Of a DNA stretch of 64,000 bases, positions 29,593-39,734 are shown in pieces (the first letter of the stretch is position 1; every line of letters starts with the position of its first letter). Origin of the DNA: Deltaproteobacteria bacterium. Lineage in GTDB: Bacteria > Myxococcota_A > Polyangia > GCA-2747355 > JADLHG01. The notes below the pieces were generated by a model, which had not been told where the DNA came from, ran no database searches, and was given only the letters and a program-made list of their open reading frames with translations. The stretch lies in NCBI GenBank assembly GCA_020848905.1, contig JADLHG010000054.1:1-64000 (forward strand). The letters are read 5' to 3'. The position numbers and the translations under genes are program-made.

Positions 29593-30183
29593 CTAGCGGC
29601 GCCAGAGCGAGTCGGGCGGCGCGTACGGCCGAACGATGTGGGCCAGCGCGGCCGTGTCGCGCAGCGCGGCGTCGACCGCGGGGCCCAGCGGCGGGACCGA
29701 GAGCCGCCGCGCGAAGGCGCTCTGCGCGAGCGGGGTGGCCAGATCCCCGTCGGGGGCGAGGGGGTCTGCGGGGAGCGCGTCGTAGTAGGCGCGATGGTCC
29801 GTGGTGGCGGCGAGGAGCCGGCGCAGACCGTGCTGCTCCGCCCACGCGGCCTGCAGCCGGAGCGTCGCCTGCTCGCGCACCAGGTGCCGCTCGTCGGTGT
29901 TCACGAGACCCCAGTCGGGCAGCGCCCAGCTCGCGGGGCCCTCGACGACCGCGTGGCAGAGCTCGTGAAAGAGGAGCTGCGCCAGGCAATCGTCGGCGTC
30001 CAGCGTCTCGGAGGTGCCGATGGTCAAGAGGCCCGCACCGTCCCAGGCCACGTTCACCTCGGGGGAGCGCGCGACGCGCACGCCGAGCCCCGTGGCCAAG
30101 CCGAGCCAGAGCGTGTCGAGCGGGTCGGCGTAGATCGCCTCCACGCGGCGAGGCGTAGGTCCCGGCAACGGAGAGCGCAGCAT
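29593..30183 (-). CDS. hypothetical protein with HExxH zinc-metallopeptidase-like motif
   Basis: LFHELCHAV motif. 196 aa. Confidence 0.45.
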   Translation of the reverse strand: MLRSPLPGPTPRRVEAIYADPLDTLWLGLATGLGVRVARSPEVNVAWDGAGLLTIGTSETLDADDCLAQLLFHELCHAVVEGPASWALPDWGLVNTDERHLVREQATLRLQAAWAEQHGLRRLLAATTDHRAYYDALPADPLAPDGDLATPLAQSAFARRLSVPPLGPAVDAALRDTAALAHIVRPYAPPDSLWRR

Positions 30184-30272
30184 CGGCGGCCAGCATAACT
30201 GGCCCGCGCGCGAGCGGCCAGGGCCCTAGCCTGGTGCTATATCCTCGCCGGGCCTGTAAAGGAGCTTGGAAC

Positions 30273-30743
30273 ATGGCGCTGGCCACCTTCGGTGCGGGGT
30301 GCTTCTGGGGGGTGGAGGTCGCGTTCCGCGCCGTCGCGGGGGTGACCGGTGCCGCTGTGGGCTACATGGGGGGCGAGCTCGCGCACCCGAGCTACGAGGA
30401 CGTGTGCACCGACGCGACCGGGCACGCGGAGGTCGTGCAAGTCCGGTTCGAGCCCGAGCGGCTGAGCTACGACGAGCTGCTCGAGGTCTTCTTCGCCTGC
30501 CACGATCCGACCCAGCGGAATCGCCAGGGACCCGACGTGGGGCGGCAATACCGCTCGGCGATCTTCGTGCACGGCCCGGAGCAGGAGGCCGCCGCGCGCG
30601 CCATCATCGCGCGACTCACCGAGGCCAAGCGCTTTCCGCGTCCCATCGTCACGACCATCGAGCCCGCCGCGGTCTTCTGGCGGGCCGAGGAGTACCACCA
30701 GCGCTACCTCGAGAAGCGGGGACTCGCGCACTGCCACGTGTGA
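30273..30743 (+). CDS. msrA: peptide methionine sulfoxide reductase MsrA
   Basis: GCFWG active-site motif near the N-terminus. AAGGAG Shine-Dalgarno. 156 aa. Confidence 0.9.
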   Translation: MALATFGAGCFWGVEVAFRAVAGVTGAAVGYMGGELAHPSYEDVCTDATGHAEVVQVRFEPERLSYDELLEVFFACHDPTQRNRQGPDVGRQYRSAIFVHGPEQEAAARAIIARLTEAKRFPRPIVTTIEPAAVFWRAEEYHQRYLEKRGLAHCHV

Positions 30744-30984
30744 TCCGCGCGCGGCGACTCCCGCGGGTTGCCCCGTGATCGACCGTGGCCGCTCCGGTCC
30801 TGGCCCCGCGTGCGGCCGTTCGGGCGGCGGCTGACGCCAGGCGCACGGGCCGCGGCATCGGGCACGTGGCTCGGAAATTCACGCACTTGGCGGCGAGGCG
30901 GGCTCGCCCGGGGCTGGCACCCCCATTGCAATTCTGGCCACCAACGGCTGCCCCTCTTCGGGGCCCGACAGCGGAGGAACGACG

Positions 30985-31857
30985 ATGAGACGCCAACGCA
31001 TGGCTTCGTGCACCGCTCTGGCGGCCATCCTGCTCGTGATGGGCGGCGCGGCGCACGCAAGGGTGATGGAGAACCTATCTACCTCGGGCAACGCGCTGGC
31101 GCAGAAGCTGGCGCAGCGGGCGACGGCGGCGCGTGAGGCGCTCGGCGTCGTGAAAGCCGAAGCGGTCGGCTACCGGGACCGGATGGTCAAAGGGCAGGTA
31201 CCCGCCACGGCGAATCTGGTGACCTACGGTGGCTTCCTGTCGCTCTTCATCGGTCTCGGGGTGGACGTGGGTCTCGGGGTGGTCACCAAAGACGGAAAGA
31301 GCCAGCCAAACCTGCATATAAACTTCCACACGTCGACCTCGAACTACGGGGGGGCCGGAAGGGTCGGTGTCGGGGGACGCCTGTCGATGACGCGCATGGT
31401 GCGTGGCGCCAGCTCGACCGAGCCGGCCAACGTGGTCCCCGTGCTCGAGGATCGCACGCAGGCCCAGCGCCCGGGCTGGGCCTTCGGGCTGGGCGTCGAT
31501 CGCCACCCGTCGGACCAGAATCACTCGTCGGGAAGCGTTACGGACACTACGGTGATCTACCTGCCGGCGCTGGTCATTTCGGACAACGCGCGCGAGAGGC
31601 GGGCCGGCATCTCCATCCCCTTTTTCTTCGGGCTCCCCTCGGCGCCGCTGCGCCAAGCGAACGGCGTGGTGAAGCAGACGGGCCAGATGCTGGCGGAGCT
31701 GGACCGCGCGGAGGCCTCGGGCGATCTGAACAAGCTCCTCAAGGCCGTGAACAAGGCCGAGGGCCACCTCGAGGGCTACCGCACCACGAACGCGGGCATC
31801 TCCCGCCAGCTCACGGCGGTCAGCAACCTGGCGCACTCGCTCGGCGCCGTGGATTGA
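30985..31857 (+). CDS. secreted hypothetical protein
   Basis: Signal peptide (LAAILLVMGGAAHA). GGAGGA Shine-Dalgarno. 290 aa. Confidence 0.5.
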   Translation: MRRQRMASCTALAAILLVMGGAAHARVMENLSTSGNALAQKLAQRATAAREALGVVKAEAVGYRDRMVKGQVPATANLVTYGGFLSLFIGLGVDVGLGVVTKDGKSQPNLHINFHTSTSNYGGAGRVGVGGRLSMTRMVRGASSTEPANVVPVLEDRTQAQRPGWAFGLGVDRHPSDQNHSSGSVTDTTVIYLPALVISDNARERRAGISIPFFFGLPSAPLRQANGVVKQTGQMLAELDRAEASGDLNKLLKAVNKAEGHLEGYRTTNAGISRQLTAVSNLAHSLGAVD

Positions 31858-31921
31858 AGCTGGGCCCCTTGATCGCGAGACGACGAGTCTTCATACAGGC
31901 TCTGCCGCTCGTTCTGGTCCG

Positions 31922-33205
31922 TCACCGCTCCGCCACCCGCACCCCATCGGCCACCCGATCGCTCGGGTAGACCACCACCCGCTCGCCGAGGCGTAGGCCC
32001 GAGAGCACCTGCACCTCGAGGCCACTGCGCGCGCCGACGCGCACCGGGCGCAGGTGCGCGCGCCCCGCATCGAGGACGAAGGCCATCCACTCGCCGCTTC
32101 TGCGAAAGACCGCGCCCGCGGGGGCCACGAGCGCGTCCGCGAGGCGCTGGATGCGGATGCGCGCCTCGACGCGGTAGCCGTCCCCGAGGGGGGCGAGCGT
32201 GGCGAGCGGCTCGTCGAAGTCGATCACCGCGTTCACCCGCTGCGCCTCGACGCCGAGGGCCGAGAGGCGCGTGAAGGCCGAGGGCTCGATGAGCCGGAGG
32301 TGCGCTCGGAGCGCGGCCTCTCCCCCCCAGCGCTCGATCCGCACCGCGGCGCCCGGCGGGATGCGCACGGCGTCGCTCGTGAGGAGCGCGGCCACGACCT
32401 CGAGCCCCGACGCGTCGCCGAGCTCGAGGACCGGGGTGCCGAGCTGCACCACCCCGCCCCCCTGCTGGAAGACGCGCAGCACGCGACCGTCGCTCGGCGA
32501 GGTCACGCCGAGCTGCTCCTCGGCCGGGGCGCCGCCCCGCAGCCGCGTGAGGGCCACGCGCGCCATCTGGACCTGGTGCTCGGCGACGTGGAAGCCGAAC
32601 TGCGCCGAGGTGAGCTCCTCGGCGCGCGCTCGGAGCTCGAGCTCGGCTCGCTCCACGGCCTGCGCGACCGTCGCGCCGCGGGCGGCGAGCTGGCGCTGTC
32701 GCTCGGCCTCGCGGCGGGCGTCGTGCAGTGCGAGCTGCGCGCGCGAGACGGCGGAGAGCGCCTGGCGCTGACTGGCGTGCGCCGCGCCGAAGCGCGCCTG
32801 CGCCTCGGCCCGCGTGCGGGCGTCGAGGAGCGGCGGAGGGAGCGGCACCATGCGGGCCAGGATCTGCCCCTTCTTCACGCGGTCGCCCACGCGCAGCTCG
32901 AGGCGCATCAGGTTGCCGGTCAGCGGCGCGGTGACCGCGTAGCGGTCCTTGACCCGCGTCTGTCCTTCCTCCTCGACCACGAGCTCGAGCACGCCGCGCC
33001 GGAGCCCCGCGAGGTCCACCGGGACGGGCGCCGGCCGCCACGCCACGGCCAGAGCCGCCGCGAGCCCGCCCACGAGCGCGGCGAGCAGCACCAGCCGTAC
33101 CGCGCGCTGCAGCTTCCGGCGGTGTCCCCGGCGGTGCTGCTCGATGGTCTCGGCGCGCGGGAGCGACCCCGCTGGTTCCACCTGAGGTTCGGCTCGTGTG
33201 GTCAT
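31922..33205 (-). CDS. efflux periplasmic adaptor (HlyD/MacA family)
   Basis: N-terminal TM, coiled-coil hairpin, lipoyl/beta-barrel segments. Start is 3 nt after the permease stop. Confidence 0.8.
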   Translation of the reverse strand: MTTRAEPQVEPAGSLPRAETIEQHRRGHRRKLQRAVRLVLLAALVGGLAAALAVAWRPAPVPVDLAGLRRGVLELVVEEEGQTRVKDRYAVTAPLTGNLMRLELRVGDRVKKGQILARMVPLPPPLLDARTRAEAQARFGAAHASQRQALSAVSRAQLALHDARREAERQRQLAARGATVAQAVERAELELRARAEELTSAQFGFHVAEHQVQMARVALTRLRGGAPAEEQLGVTSPSDGRVLRVFQQGGGVVQLGTPVLELGDASGLEVVAALLTSDAVRIPPGAAVRIERWGGEAALRAHLRLIEPSAFTRLSALGVEAQRVNAVIDFDEPLATLAPLGDGYRVEARIRIQRLADALVAPAGAVFRRSGEWMAFVLDAGRAHLRPVRVGARSGLEVQVLSGLRLGERVVVYPSDRVADGVRVAER

Positions 33206-33208
33206 GAC

Positions 33209-35575
33209 TCACTCCCTCGTCTTGAGGACCGCGACCAGGTCCAGCTGGTCCAGCATGCGCCGGACGAGCAGCGCGCTCACCACCCCCGCCCCGATCACCA
33301 CGGCCACCGCGAAGGCGTAGGTGCGCGCGCTGATCACTGTCGGGAAGCGATACTGCTCGGGGTCCACGGTGCTCATCATCCCGTGCGCGAGGGCGGTGCC
33401 GATGAGGAGCCCCGGCCCGAGCGCGAGGAGCAGCTCCGTCGCGAGCTGGCCGAGCAGCAGCGCCGAGACCTCCGCGCGCGAGAAGCCGAGTACCCGCAGA
33501 CTGCCGAGGTCGCGACTCCGCACCGAGAGCGCCACGCGCGCGTTGTTGTAGACCACGCCGACCGCGATGGTGACCGCGAAGAAGGTCAGGATCGCGGTGG
33601 TGAGGCCCATGTTCTCGGCCATCTGCTGGCGCACGCGATCGATCAGCGCCTGCCGCCGCAGCACCGAGCCGACCGCCGGGAAGCGCTTCAGGCGTTCGTC
33701 CACCGCGCGCACGCGCTCCGGGTCCACGGTCAGGAGCGCGGCCGATAGCTGCCCCTGCTCGCCGAGGAGGCGCTCGAGGGCCGCCAGGCGCAGGTGTCCC
33801 TGCAGCCCGAGCGGCTCCTCGGTGAGGCCGGACACGATGAGCGGTTTCGTGCGGCGGTCCCCCTCGCGGAGCTCGGCCAGCACCGTGCCTCCGACCCCGA
33901 CGCCGAGGACGGCGGCCAGCTTGCGCGTGAGCACCACTCCCTCGTTAGGGAGAGGCACGACGCGGGCGGGAAACTCGACCACCTGGCGGAGCGTCACCTC
34001 CGGGCCGTAGCCGAGGAGCACGCTCTCGCGGTGGCGGTGTCCGACGTGGAAGCGCACGGGCACCGCGCGCAGGCCCTCGACGCGCTGGACGCCGGGGAGC
34101 TGGGCCAGCTCGCCGAGCGAGCGTCTCGGCTGCGGGCGAAGGAAGGTGACCGTCAGATCGTCGCGCTGCGCGAGGCTGAACTGGAGGTCCATGAAGTCCT
34201 CGACCGCGTCGTACATGAAGCGCCCTACGACCAGGATGCCGATGGCCAGCGCGATGCCGAGAGCCGAGAGCGCGGTGCGGAGCGGGCGGCGCGTGAGCTC
34301 GCGCAGGATCATCTTCCCCGCCGGTCCGAGCCACGAGAAGAGCCCCGCGCGTTCCAGCCAGGAGGTGCGGTAGCTCGCGGGGGCCGGCGGCTGCATCGCC
34401 TCGGCGGGAGGGAGGCGCATCACCCGCCGGGCGGTGCCGAGCCCGCCGAGCAGCGCCGCGGCGAACGCGGCCAGCGCCGCGGTGGCCACGAGGCCGCCGT
34501 CGAGCGCGAAGGAGAGGTTCGGGAAGCGGAAGTACCGCTGATAGAGGTCCGTCATCCCCTGCCCGAGGTACGCGCCGAGGCCGATGCCGAGGAGCGTGCC
34601 GCCGGCGACGACGAGGACCACGAGCTTCAGGTAGTGCAAGCCGACCTGGCGGCCCCCGTAGCCGATGGCCTTCAGCGTGGCGATCTGCGTGCGCTGGAGC
34701 GAGACGAGCCGGGCCAGCACCAGGTTCAGGAGGAACGCGGCGACGCCGAGGAAGATCACGGGGGTCACGGTGGCGAAGGTGCGGAGCTGGGTGAGCTCGC
34801 CGGTGACGAAGCGGTGCGAGAGCTGTTGCTCGCGGGCGTAGGCGCCGCGGCCGCCGTAGGGCTCGAGCTGGCGGTCCAGCGCGGCGACCACCGCGCGCGG
34901 CGAGGCGCCGGGCTGGAGGCGCACGACGAGGTCGTTGAAGGCCCCTTCCATGCGGAAGGCCGGGCCGAGCTGGGCCCGGTCCATCCAGAGCACGGCGAAG
35001 CGCTTGTCGTCGGGGAAGGCGTCGCCGCCGGAGAGCGCGAAGACGTACTCGGGCGAGAGCGCCACGCCCACCACGCGGAGGCTCCGGCGCTTGCCGTTCA
35101 GGATCGCGGGAAGGCGATCGCCGGGCCCGAGCGCGTGGGCCTTCGCGAAGGACTCGTGCACCAGCACCTCGTCGGGCTGACCGGGCTCGGGGAGGCGGCC
35201 GCGGCGCAGGTAGATGCCGCAGAGCGGGGCGGGGCCGCTCGCGGGGAGCGAGATGAGGCGCGCGCTCGCGAGCTCGGTCGGGGCGGGGAGGGGCAAGCTG
35301 ACGCTCTGCACGATCCGCGGATAGACCTCCGCCACGCCGGGGATGGACTCGATGCGGCGGGCCTCGGCCTCGGGGACGCGCTCGGCGCTCGCGAAGAGAT
35401 CGGCGAAGCGGTAGCGCTCGTAGTAGGTCGTCTGGGCGGTTTCGATCGACGCGTAGGTGCCGCGGGTCGTGATGTACGAGGCCACGCCGCAGGCCACGAC
35501 GAGCGCGATGGTCAGGACCTGCCCCTTGAGCGCGAGCAGGTCGCGCAGGAGCTTGCGGTCGAGCGCGCTCACCAT
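33209..35575 (-). CDS. ABC transporter permease with two FtsX-type domains (MacB-like)
   Basis: Starts [13 protein letters not shown]. Start and ATPase stop overlap in ATGGTGA. The listed 1210-aa track ORF is an artefact that runs on upstream in the permease frame across the ATPase gene, which is read in another frame. Confidence 0.8.
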   Translation of the reverse strand: MVSALDRKLLRDLLALKGQVLTIALVVACGVASYITTRGTYASIETAQTTYYERYRFADLFASAERVPEAEARRIESIPGVAEVYPRIVQSVSLPLPAPTELASARLISLPASGPAPLCGIYLRRGRLPEPGQPDEVLVHESFAKAHALGPGDRLPAILNGKRRSLRVVGVALSPEYVFALSGGDAFPDDKRFAVLWMDRAQLGPAFRMEGAFNDLVVRLQPGASPRAVVAALDRQLEPYGGRGAYAREQQLSHRFVTGELTQLRTFATVTPVIFLGVAAFLLNLVLARLVSLQRTQIATLKAIGYGGRQVGLHYLKLVVLVVAGGTLLGIGLGAYLGQGMTDLYQRYFRFPNLSFALDGGLVATAALAAFAAALLGGLGTARRVMRLPPAEAMQPPAPASYRTSWLERAGLFSWLGPAGKMILRELTRRPLRTALSALGIALAIGILVVGRFMYDAVEDFMDLQFSLAQRDDLTVTFLRPQPRRSLGELAQLPGVQRVEGLRAVPVRFHVGHRHRESVLLGYGPEVTLRQVVEFPARVVPLPNEGVVLTRKLAAVLGVGVGGTVLAELREGDRRTKPLIVSGLTEEPLGLQGHLRLAALERLLGEQGQLSAALLTVDPERVRAVDERLKRFPAVGSVLRRQALIDRVRQQMAENMGLTTAILTFFAVTIAVGVVYNNARVALSVRSRDLGSLRVLGFSRAEVSALLLGQLATELLLALGPGLLIGTALAHGMMSTVDPEQYRFPTVISARTYAFAVAVVIGAGVVSALLVRRMLDQLDLVAVLKTRE

Positions 35576-36327
35576 CGCAGCTCCTCCGGGCGCGCGCGGG
35601 CCAGGTTGCGTTCCTCGCGCTGGAGTCGGCCGTCGGCCATGGTCAGCACGCGATGCGCCATGGCGGCGATGGGCACGTTGTGCGTGATCACCGCGGTGGT
35701 GGTGCCGAGCTCGCGGTTCACCTGGTCGATGGCGGCGAGCACGAGCCGGCCGGTCTGGAAGTCGAGCGCCCCCGTGGGCTCGTCGCAGAGCAAGAGGTCG
35801 GGACGCTTGGCGACGGCGCGGGCGATGGCCACTCGCTGCTGTTCGCCGCCCGAGAGCTGCGACGGGAAATGATCGAGGCGGTCGGCGAGTCCGACGAGCG
35901 CGAGCGCCTCCTCGGGGGCGAGCGGGTCGGGCGCGATCTCCGTGACCAGCGCCACGTTCTCGCAGGCCGTGAGGCTCGGGATGAGGTTGTAGAACTGAAA
36001 GACGAAGCCCACGTGCTCGCGGCGATAGCGCGTGAGCTCGGCCTCGCTCGCGGCCGAAAGATCGTGGTCGCGATAGATCACCGTGCCGCTCGTCGGCACG
36101 TCGAGGCCGCCGAGGATGTTGAGCAGCGTGGATTTCCCGCTGCCGGAGACACCGACGAGCGCCACGAGCTCGCCGGCGTAGAGCTCGAGGTCCACGCCGC
36201 GCAGCGCCAGCACGGACACCTCGCCCATGACGTAGGTCTTCGTGAGGGCTCGCGCCTCGAGGACGGCGTGCGGCGGCGCGGCTACCGCGTCGTCGCTGCG
36301 GATGGAGGCGCGAAGAGGGCCGTCCAT
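35569..36327 (-). CDS. ABC transporter ATP-binding protein (MacB-type ATPase)
   Basis: Walker [10 protein letters not shown], signature LSGGEQQR, Walker [10 protein letters not shown]-loop. Confidence 0.85.
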   Translation of the reverse strand: MDGPLRASIRSDDAVAAPPHAVLEARALTKTYVMGEVSVLALRGVDLELYAGELVALVGVSGSGKSTLLNILGGLDVPTSGTVIYRDHDLSAASEAELTRYRREHVGFVFQFYNLIPSLTACENVALVTEIAPDPLAPEEALALVGLADRLDHFPSQLSGGEQQRVAIARAVAKRPDLLLCDEPTGALDFQTGRLVLAAIDQVNRELGTTTAVITHNVPIAAMAHRVLTMADGRLQREERNLARARPEELRW

Positions 36328-36752
36328 GCTGCCAGGTAGAGCAAGCGGAGTGCCACCGTGTGCGAGACGGAGGCCTCGATCCGCGGGGGGAGGGCTGGGG
36401 CGGTGAGAGGCCGAAGACAAGGATCTCGCGGGCCTCGACGCGTGGGGAGGCGCCCGCGCACAAGGGGGGTGCGCCGCGGGCGGCGCGGCCTGGGCCAGCT
36501 TGCGGAGGGTGCGAAGCGCTGCGAGGCGAGGTCCGGTGCGAGCTGACCCACCCCTTGCGCCAGTCGCACGGCCCCGTGGCCAGGCTGGCCCGTACCAGGG
36601 CGCAGCCGGGCCCGCGCCGGCCCGTCGTCGTGGTTCGTCGCCCGGGGGCCGGGGAAGCCGCGGAGGCGCGTTCGGCCGTTGCTCTCCGTCGGGGCGCGCG
36701 AAGATCCTTGACCTGGGGCCCGTGGCACGCGAGATGCTCCCTCTCACGGCAC

Positions 36753-37787
36753 ATGCGGTTCCTCGGCATTGCACTCGGCTTGGCGGTCGTCGCGCAGGGC
36801 TCCCTGGAGCTCTCTGCGCGGGCGGAAGGCTCGTGCGGCAAGGGCGGCGCCTCGGGCGAGAGCCAGCAGAACCTCGGGCAGAGCTACTACAAGGTCAGCA
36901 CCCCGCCCGGCTACGACGGGACGAAGGCCGTCCCGCTCTGGCTCGTGCTCCACGGCGACGAAGGCTCGCCGAGCACCGTCTATCCGAAGTTCTTCGCCCT
37001 GCAGCAGCAGCGCGGCGGCGACTTCCTGCTCGTCACGCCGAAGGCCTATCTCGACGGCGGGAGCTGGTGGCACACGCCGGACCCGCACATCGCCTTTCTC
37101 GATCAGGTGCTGGCCAAGGTGCTGGCCGACTACAACGTGGACAAGGACCGCATCTACCTGGCCGGCTTTTCGGGTGGCGGAAGCCTCTCCACGCGCTACG
37201 GCGTCGAGCGCCAGGACCAGTTCGCGGGGATGCTGCTGCTCGCCGGGGGCTCTCTCGGCACGAGCTACAAGCCGCCCGCCGGCTCGTGCAAGATCCCCGC
37301 GCGCTACGTGATGGGAGACGTGGACAGCCTGCGCTCGATCAACAAGGCGCACTACACGCTCCTGCAGGGCAAGGGGCACGACGTGGTCTGGGTGACGCTG
37401 CCGGGCACGGGCCACGAATGGCAGAAGCTGCTCGCGGAGACGGTGCTCGACGAGGCCTGGGCCTGGATGAAGAGCAAGACGATGTGCGGCACGACGAAGG
37501 CCGGACCGTGCGGCGGCGGTGGCACCGCGGACAGCGGGGTTCCTCCCGTGCGCGTGGACAGCGGCTCGCCTCCGACGAAGAGCGACGCCGGTATCGGACG
37601 CGCCGACCTCGGTCCGGTCGGGTTTTCCGACGGCGCGCCGACCGGAAAGCCCGCCGCGGCCTCTCCTCGCGCCATGCTCGGAGGGTGCGAGGTGGGTCGT
37701 GCCGAGGCGCTGCCCGCACCGACCGCGGCCGCGCTTCTCCTCGCGGTCGGGATCCTGCTACGCAGGTCGCGCCGTCGCCGCCGATAG
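36753..37787 (+). CDS. secreted alpha/beta-hydrolase (esterase/depolymerase-like) with MYXO-CTERM-type C-terminal sorting tail
   Basis: Signal peptide. GFSGGG nucleophile elbow. C-terminus [35 protein letters not shown]. Confidence 0.7.
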   Translation: MRFLGIALGLAVVAQGSLELSARAEGSCGKGGASGESQQNLGQSYYKVSTPPGYDGTKAVPLWLVLHGDEGSPSTVYPKFFALQQQRGGDFLLVTPKAYLDGGSWWHTPDPHIAFLDQVLAKVLADYNVDKDRIYLAGFSGGGSLSTRYGVERQDQFAGMLLLAGGSLGTSYKPPAGSCKIPARYVMGDVDSLRSINKAHYTLLQGKGHDVVWVTLPGTGHEWQKLLAETVLDEAWAWMKSKTMCGTTKAGPCGGGGTADSGVPPVRVDSGSPPTKSDAGIGRADLGPVGFSDGAPTGKPAAASPRAMLGGCEVGRAEALPAPTAAALLLAVGILLRRSRRRRR

Positions 37788-37994
37788 CCCGCGTTTCTCG
37801 CTCCCCGCCGATTTTTCGACATGCACCGGGGAGGCCACACTGGCCGCTTTCAGTAACGTTCCTCGAGGGATCGCGTCGCCGCGTCGCACGGTGGGGCCTG
37901 CGGGGCCGCCTGGAAATCGGTCAGCCGTCGTTACTGGCTTGAACCCTCGTCTCGCTAACCCGTGGCCATCGTGCGAGATCCGCGGTCGTGGGCG

Positions 37995-38010
37995 TGGCAC
38001 GTCCGTTGCT
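37995..38010 (+). promoter_or_regulatory. sigma54 promoter TGGCACGTCCGTTGCT
   Basis: Perfect match to TGGCACG-N4-TTGCW, about 50 nt upstream of ATG 38061. Confidence 0.5.
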
Positions 38011-38060
38011 CCTCCTACGCTTCCGGCGGGGATTGCCCGTCCGATTTGTAGAGGAGTGAC

Positions 38061-38843
38061 ATGCAGACCCATCGAGCGACGTGTCGTCGCGCGGCGTGGT
38101 GTATCGCCGCCCTGACGGCGAGCCTCGTCCTGGTTTCCGCGCGCGGTGCGTTCGCGCAGAACCTCCAGCAGCAGTGGCGCGCGAAGGCGCAGGCCTATTG
38201 CCAGCAGTTCGGCCTGCCGATGCGGGAGGTGCCGCTCGCGGCGCGCCCCGGCATGTGTCGCATCGTGGTGCCGATCCTCGCCAACACGTATCAGGCCTTC
38301 GAGCAGACCTTCAGCATGGCGAACGGCGCGTTCATCTATCGCGCGGCGAACGACAAGGTCCACGTCACGCTGAACCTGGGGCCGAACGACTTCATGTCCT
38401 ACGGCTACGGCAACGGCGTGAACGGCTACTTCGCGCTCCGCAATCGCGCGGCGAACGGGAACATGAGCCCGCAGCTCGGCGGGGAGTACCAGGTGCTCGG
38501 TCTGCCGGCGCCGGAGTTCAACCACCTGACGAACTTCTGGGCCCAGGACGGCGCGAGCTGGCAGAACTACGCCGCGCGGCGCCCGGGAGCCCAGCAGCGC
38601 GCCGGCTGCATGTGGTGGCTCGTCTCGGCCGAGAGCGGCCCGAACCAGAGCCTCTGGCACCGCTTCGGCGTCAGCCGCTCCGCCACGCCGGCGAACCTCT
38701 TGCCCAAGCTCATTCATGCAGGGAACGAGTGGGTCGGCCCGCTCGGTATCCCGGTAAATAGCATTCAAGAGTTCAACGCCATGAACGATGCGCAGCTGCT
38801 GCGCCCCCCGCCGGGTGGTGGGGCAGCCGACGCGGTTCGCTGA
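38061..38843 (+). CDS. secreted protein of unknown family, paralog A
   Basis: Signal peptide. 260 aa. GAGGAG Shine-Dalgarno. Shares three conserved Cys with paralog B. Confidence 0.7.
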   Translation: MQTHRATCRRAAWCIAALTASLVLVSARGAFAQNLQQQWRAKAQAYCQQFGLPMREVPLAARPGMCRIVVPILANTYQAFEQTFSMANGAFIYRAANDKVHVTLNLGPNDFMSYGYGNGVNGYFALRNRAANGNMSPQLGGEYQVLGLPAPEFNHLTNFWAQDGASWQNYAARRPGAQQRAGCMWWLVSAESGPNQSLWHRFGVSRSATPANLLPKLIHAGNEWVGPLGIPVNSIQEFNAMNDAQLLRPPPGGGAADAVR

Positions 38844-38902
38844 GCGCGACACCCCGTCGTCAGCGCCGGTCGCTCGACTGGCCCGAACGTGGAGAGCCTG
38901 TC

Positions 38903-39685
38903 ATGACCTCACTCGGGGCGAGAGCCCTTCGCGCTGCCTGGTTCCTCGGTCTGCTCGGCGCTGTGACGCTCGTGGGCGGCGCGAGGGTCGCTTCCGCGCA
39001 GAACCTCCAGCAGCAGTGGCGCGCGAAGGCGCAGGCCTACTGCCAGCAGTTCGGGCTGCCCATGAAGGAGGTGCCGCTCGCCGCGCGCCCCGGCCTGTGC
39101 CGGATCGTGGTACCCGTGCTGGCGAACACCTACCAGGCCTTCGAGCAGGCCTTCAACGTGACGAACGGCGCGATGATCTATCGCGCCGCACAGGACAAGA
39201 TCCACGTCACGGTCAATATCGCGCCCGGGGACTACGCGCATTACGGCTACGGCGCGGGCGGGAACGGCTATGCGGCTGGGCGGACGCGTGCCGCCAATCC
39301 CAACATGGCGCCGAACGGTACCGGTCAGTATCAGGTCTTCGGGCTGCCGCAGCAGGAGCTCCAGCACCTCCTGAACTTCTGGGCCGCCGACGGTGCGAGC
39401 TGGAACACGTACGTCGCGCGGCATCCGAACCAGCAGCAGCGGGCCGGGTGCATGTGGTGGCTCGTGCAGGCCGAGGTCGGGCCCAACCAGAGCCTCTGGC
39501 ACCGTCTGGGCGTGAGTCGCTCGGCCTCGCCGGCGAATCTGCTGCCCAAGGTGATCCACGCCGGGAACGAGTGGGTCGGCCCGCTCGGCATCGCGGTGAA
39601 CAGCATCGAGCAATTCAACGCGATGACGGCCGATCAGCTGCTCGGACCTCCGCCGGGGGGCGGGGCCGCGGACGCGGCGCGATAG
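38903..39685 (+). CDS. secreted protein of unknown family, paralog B (tandem duplicate)
   Basis: 260 aa, about 70% identical to paralog A, with an identical AQNLQQQWRAKAQAYCQQFGLPM block. GGAGAG Shine-Dalgarno. Confidence 0.7.
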   Translation: MTSLGARALRAAWFLGLLGAVTLVGGARVASAQNLQQQWRAKAQAYCQQFGLPMKEVPLAARPGLCRIVVPVLANTYQAFEQAFNVTNGAMIYRAAQDKIHVTVNIAPGDYAHYGYGAGGNGYAAGRTRAANPNMAPNGTGQYQVFGLPQQELQHLLNFWAADGASWNTYVARHPNQQQRAGCMWWLVQAEVGPNQSLWHRLGVSRSASPANLLPKVIHAGNEWVGPLGIAVNSIEQFNAMTADQLLGPPPGGGAADAAR

Positions 39686-39734
39686 CACGCTATCGCGGAG
39701 GCGCGTCCTAGCGCGATACGATCCTCGGTAAGCT

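Noticed and set aside
33209-36841. Single 1210-aa ORF spanning the ABC ATPase and permease
   Set aside because: The N-terminal 420 aa are Arg/Ala-rich nonsense read in the wrong frame across the ATPase gene. The real genes are the ATPase 35569-36327 and the permease 33209-35575, overlapping at ATGGTGA.
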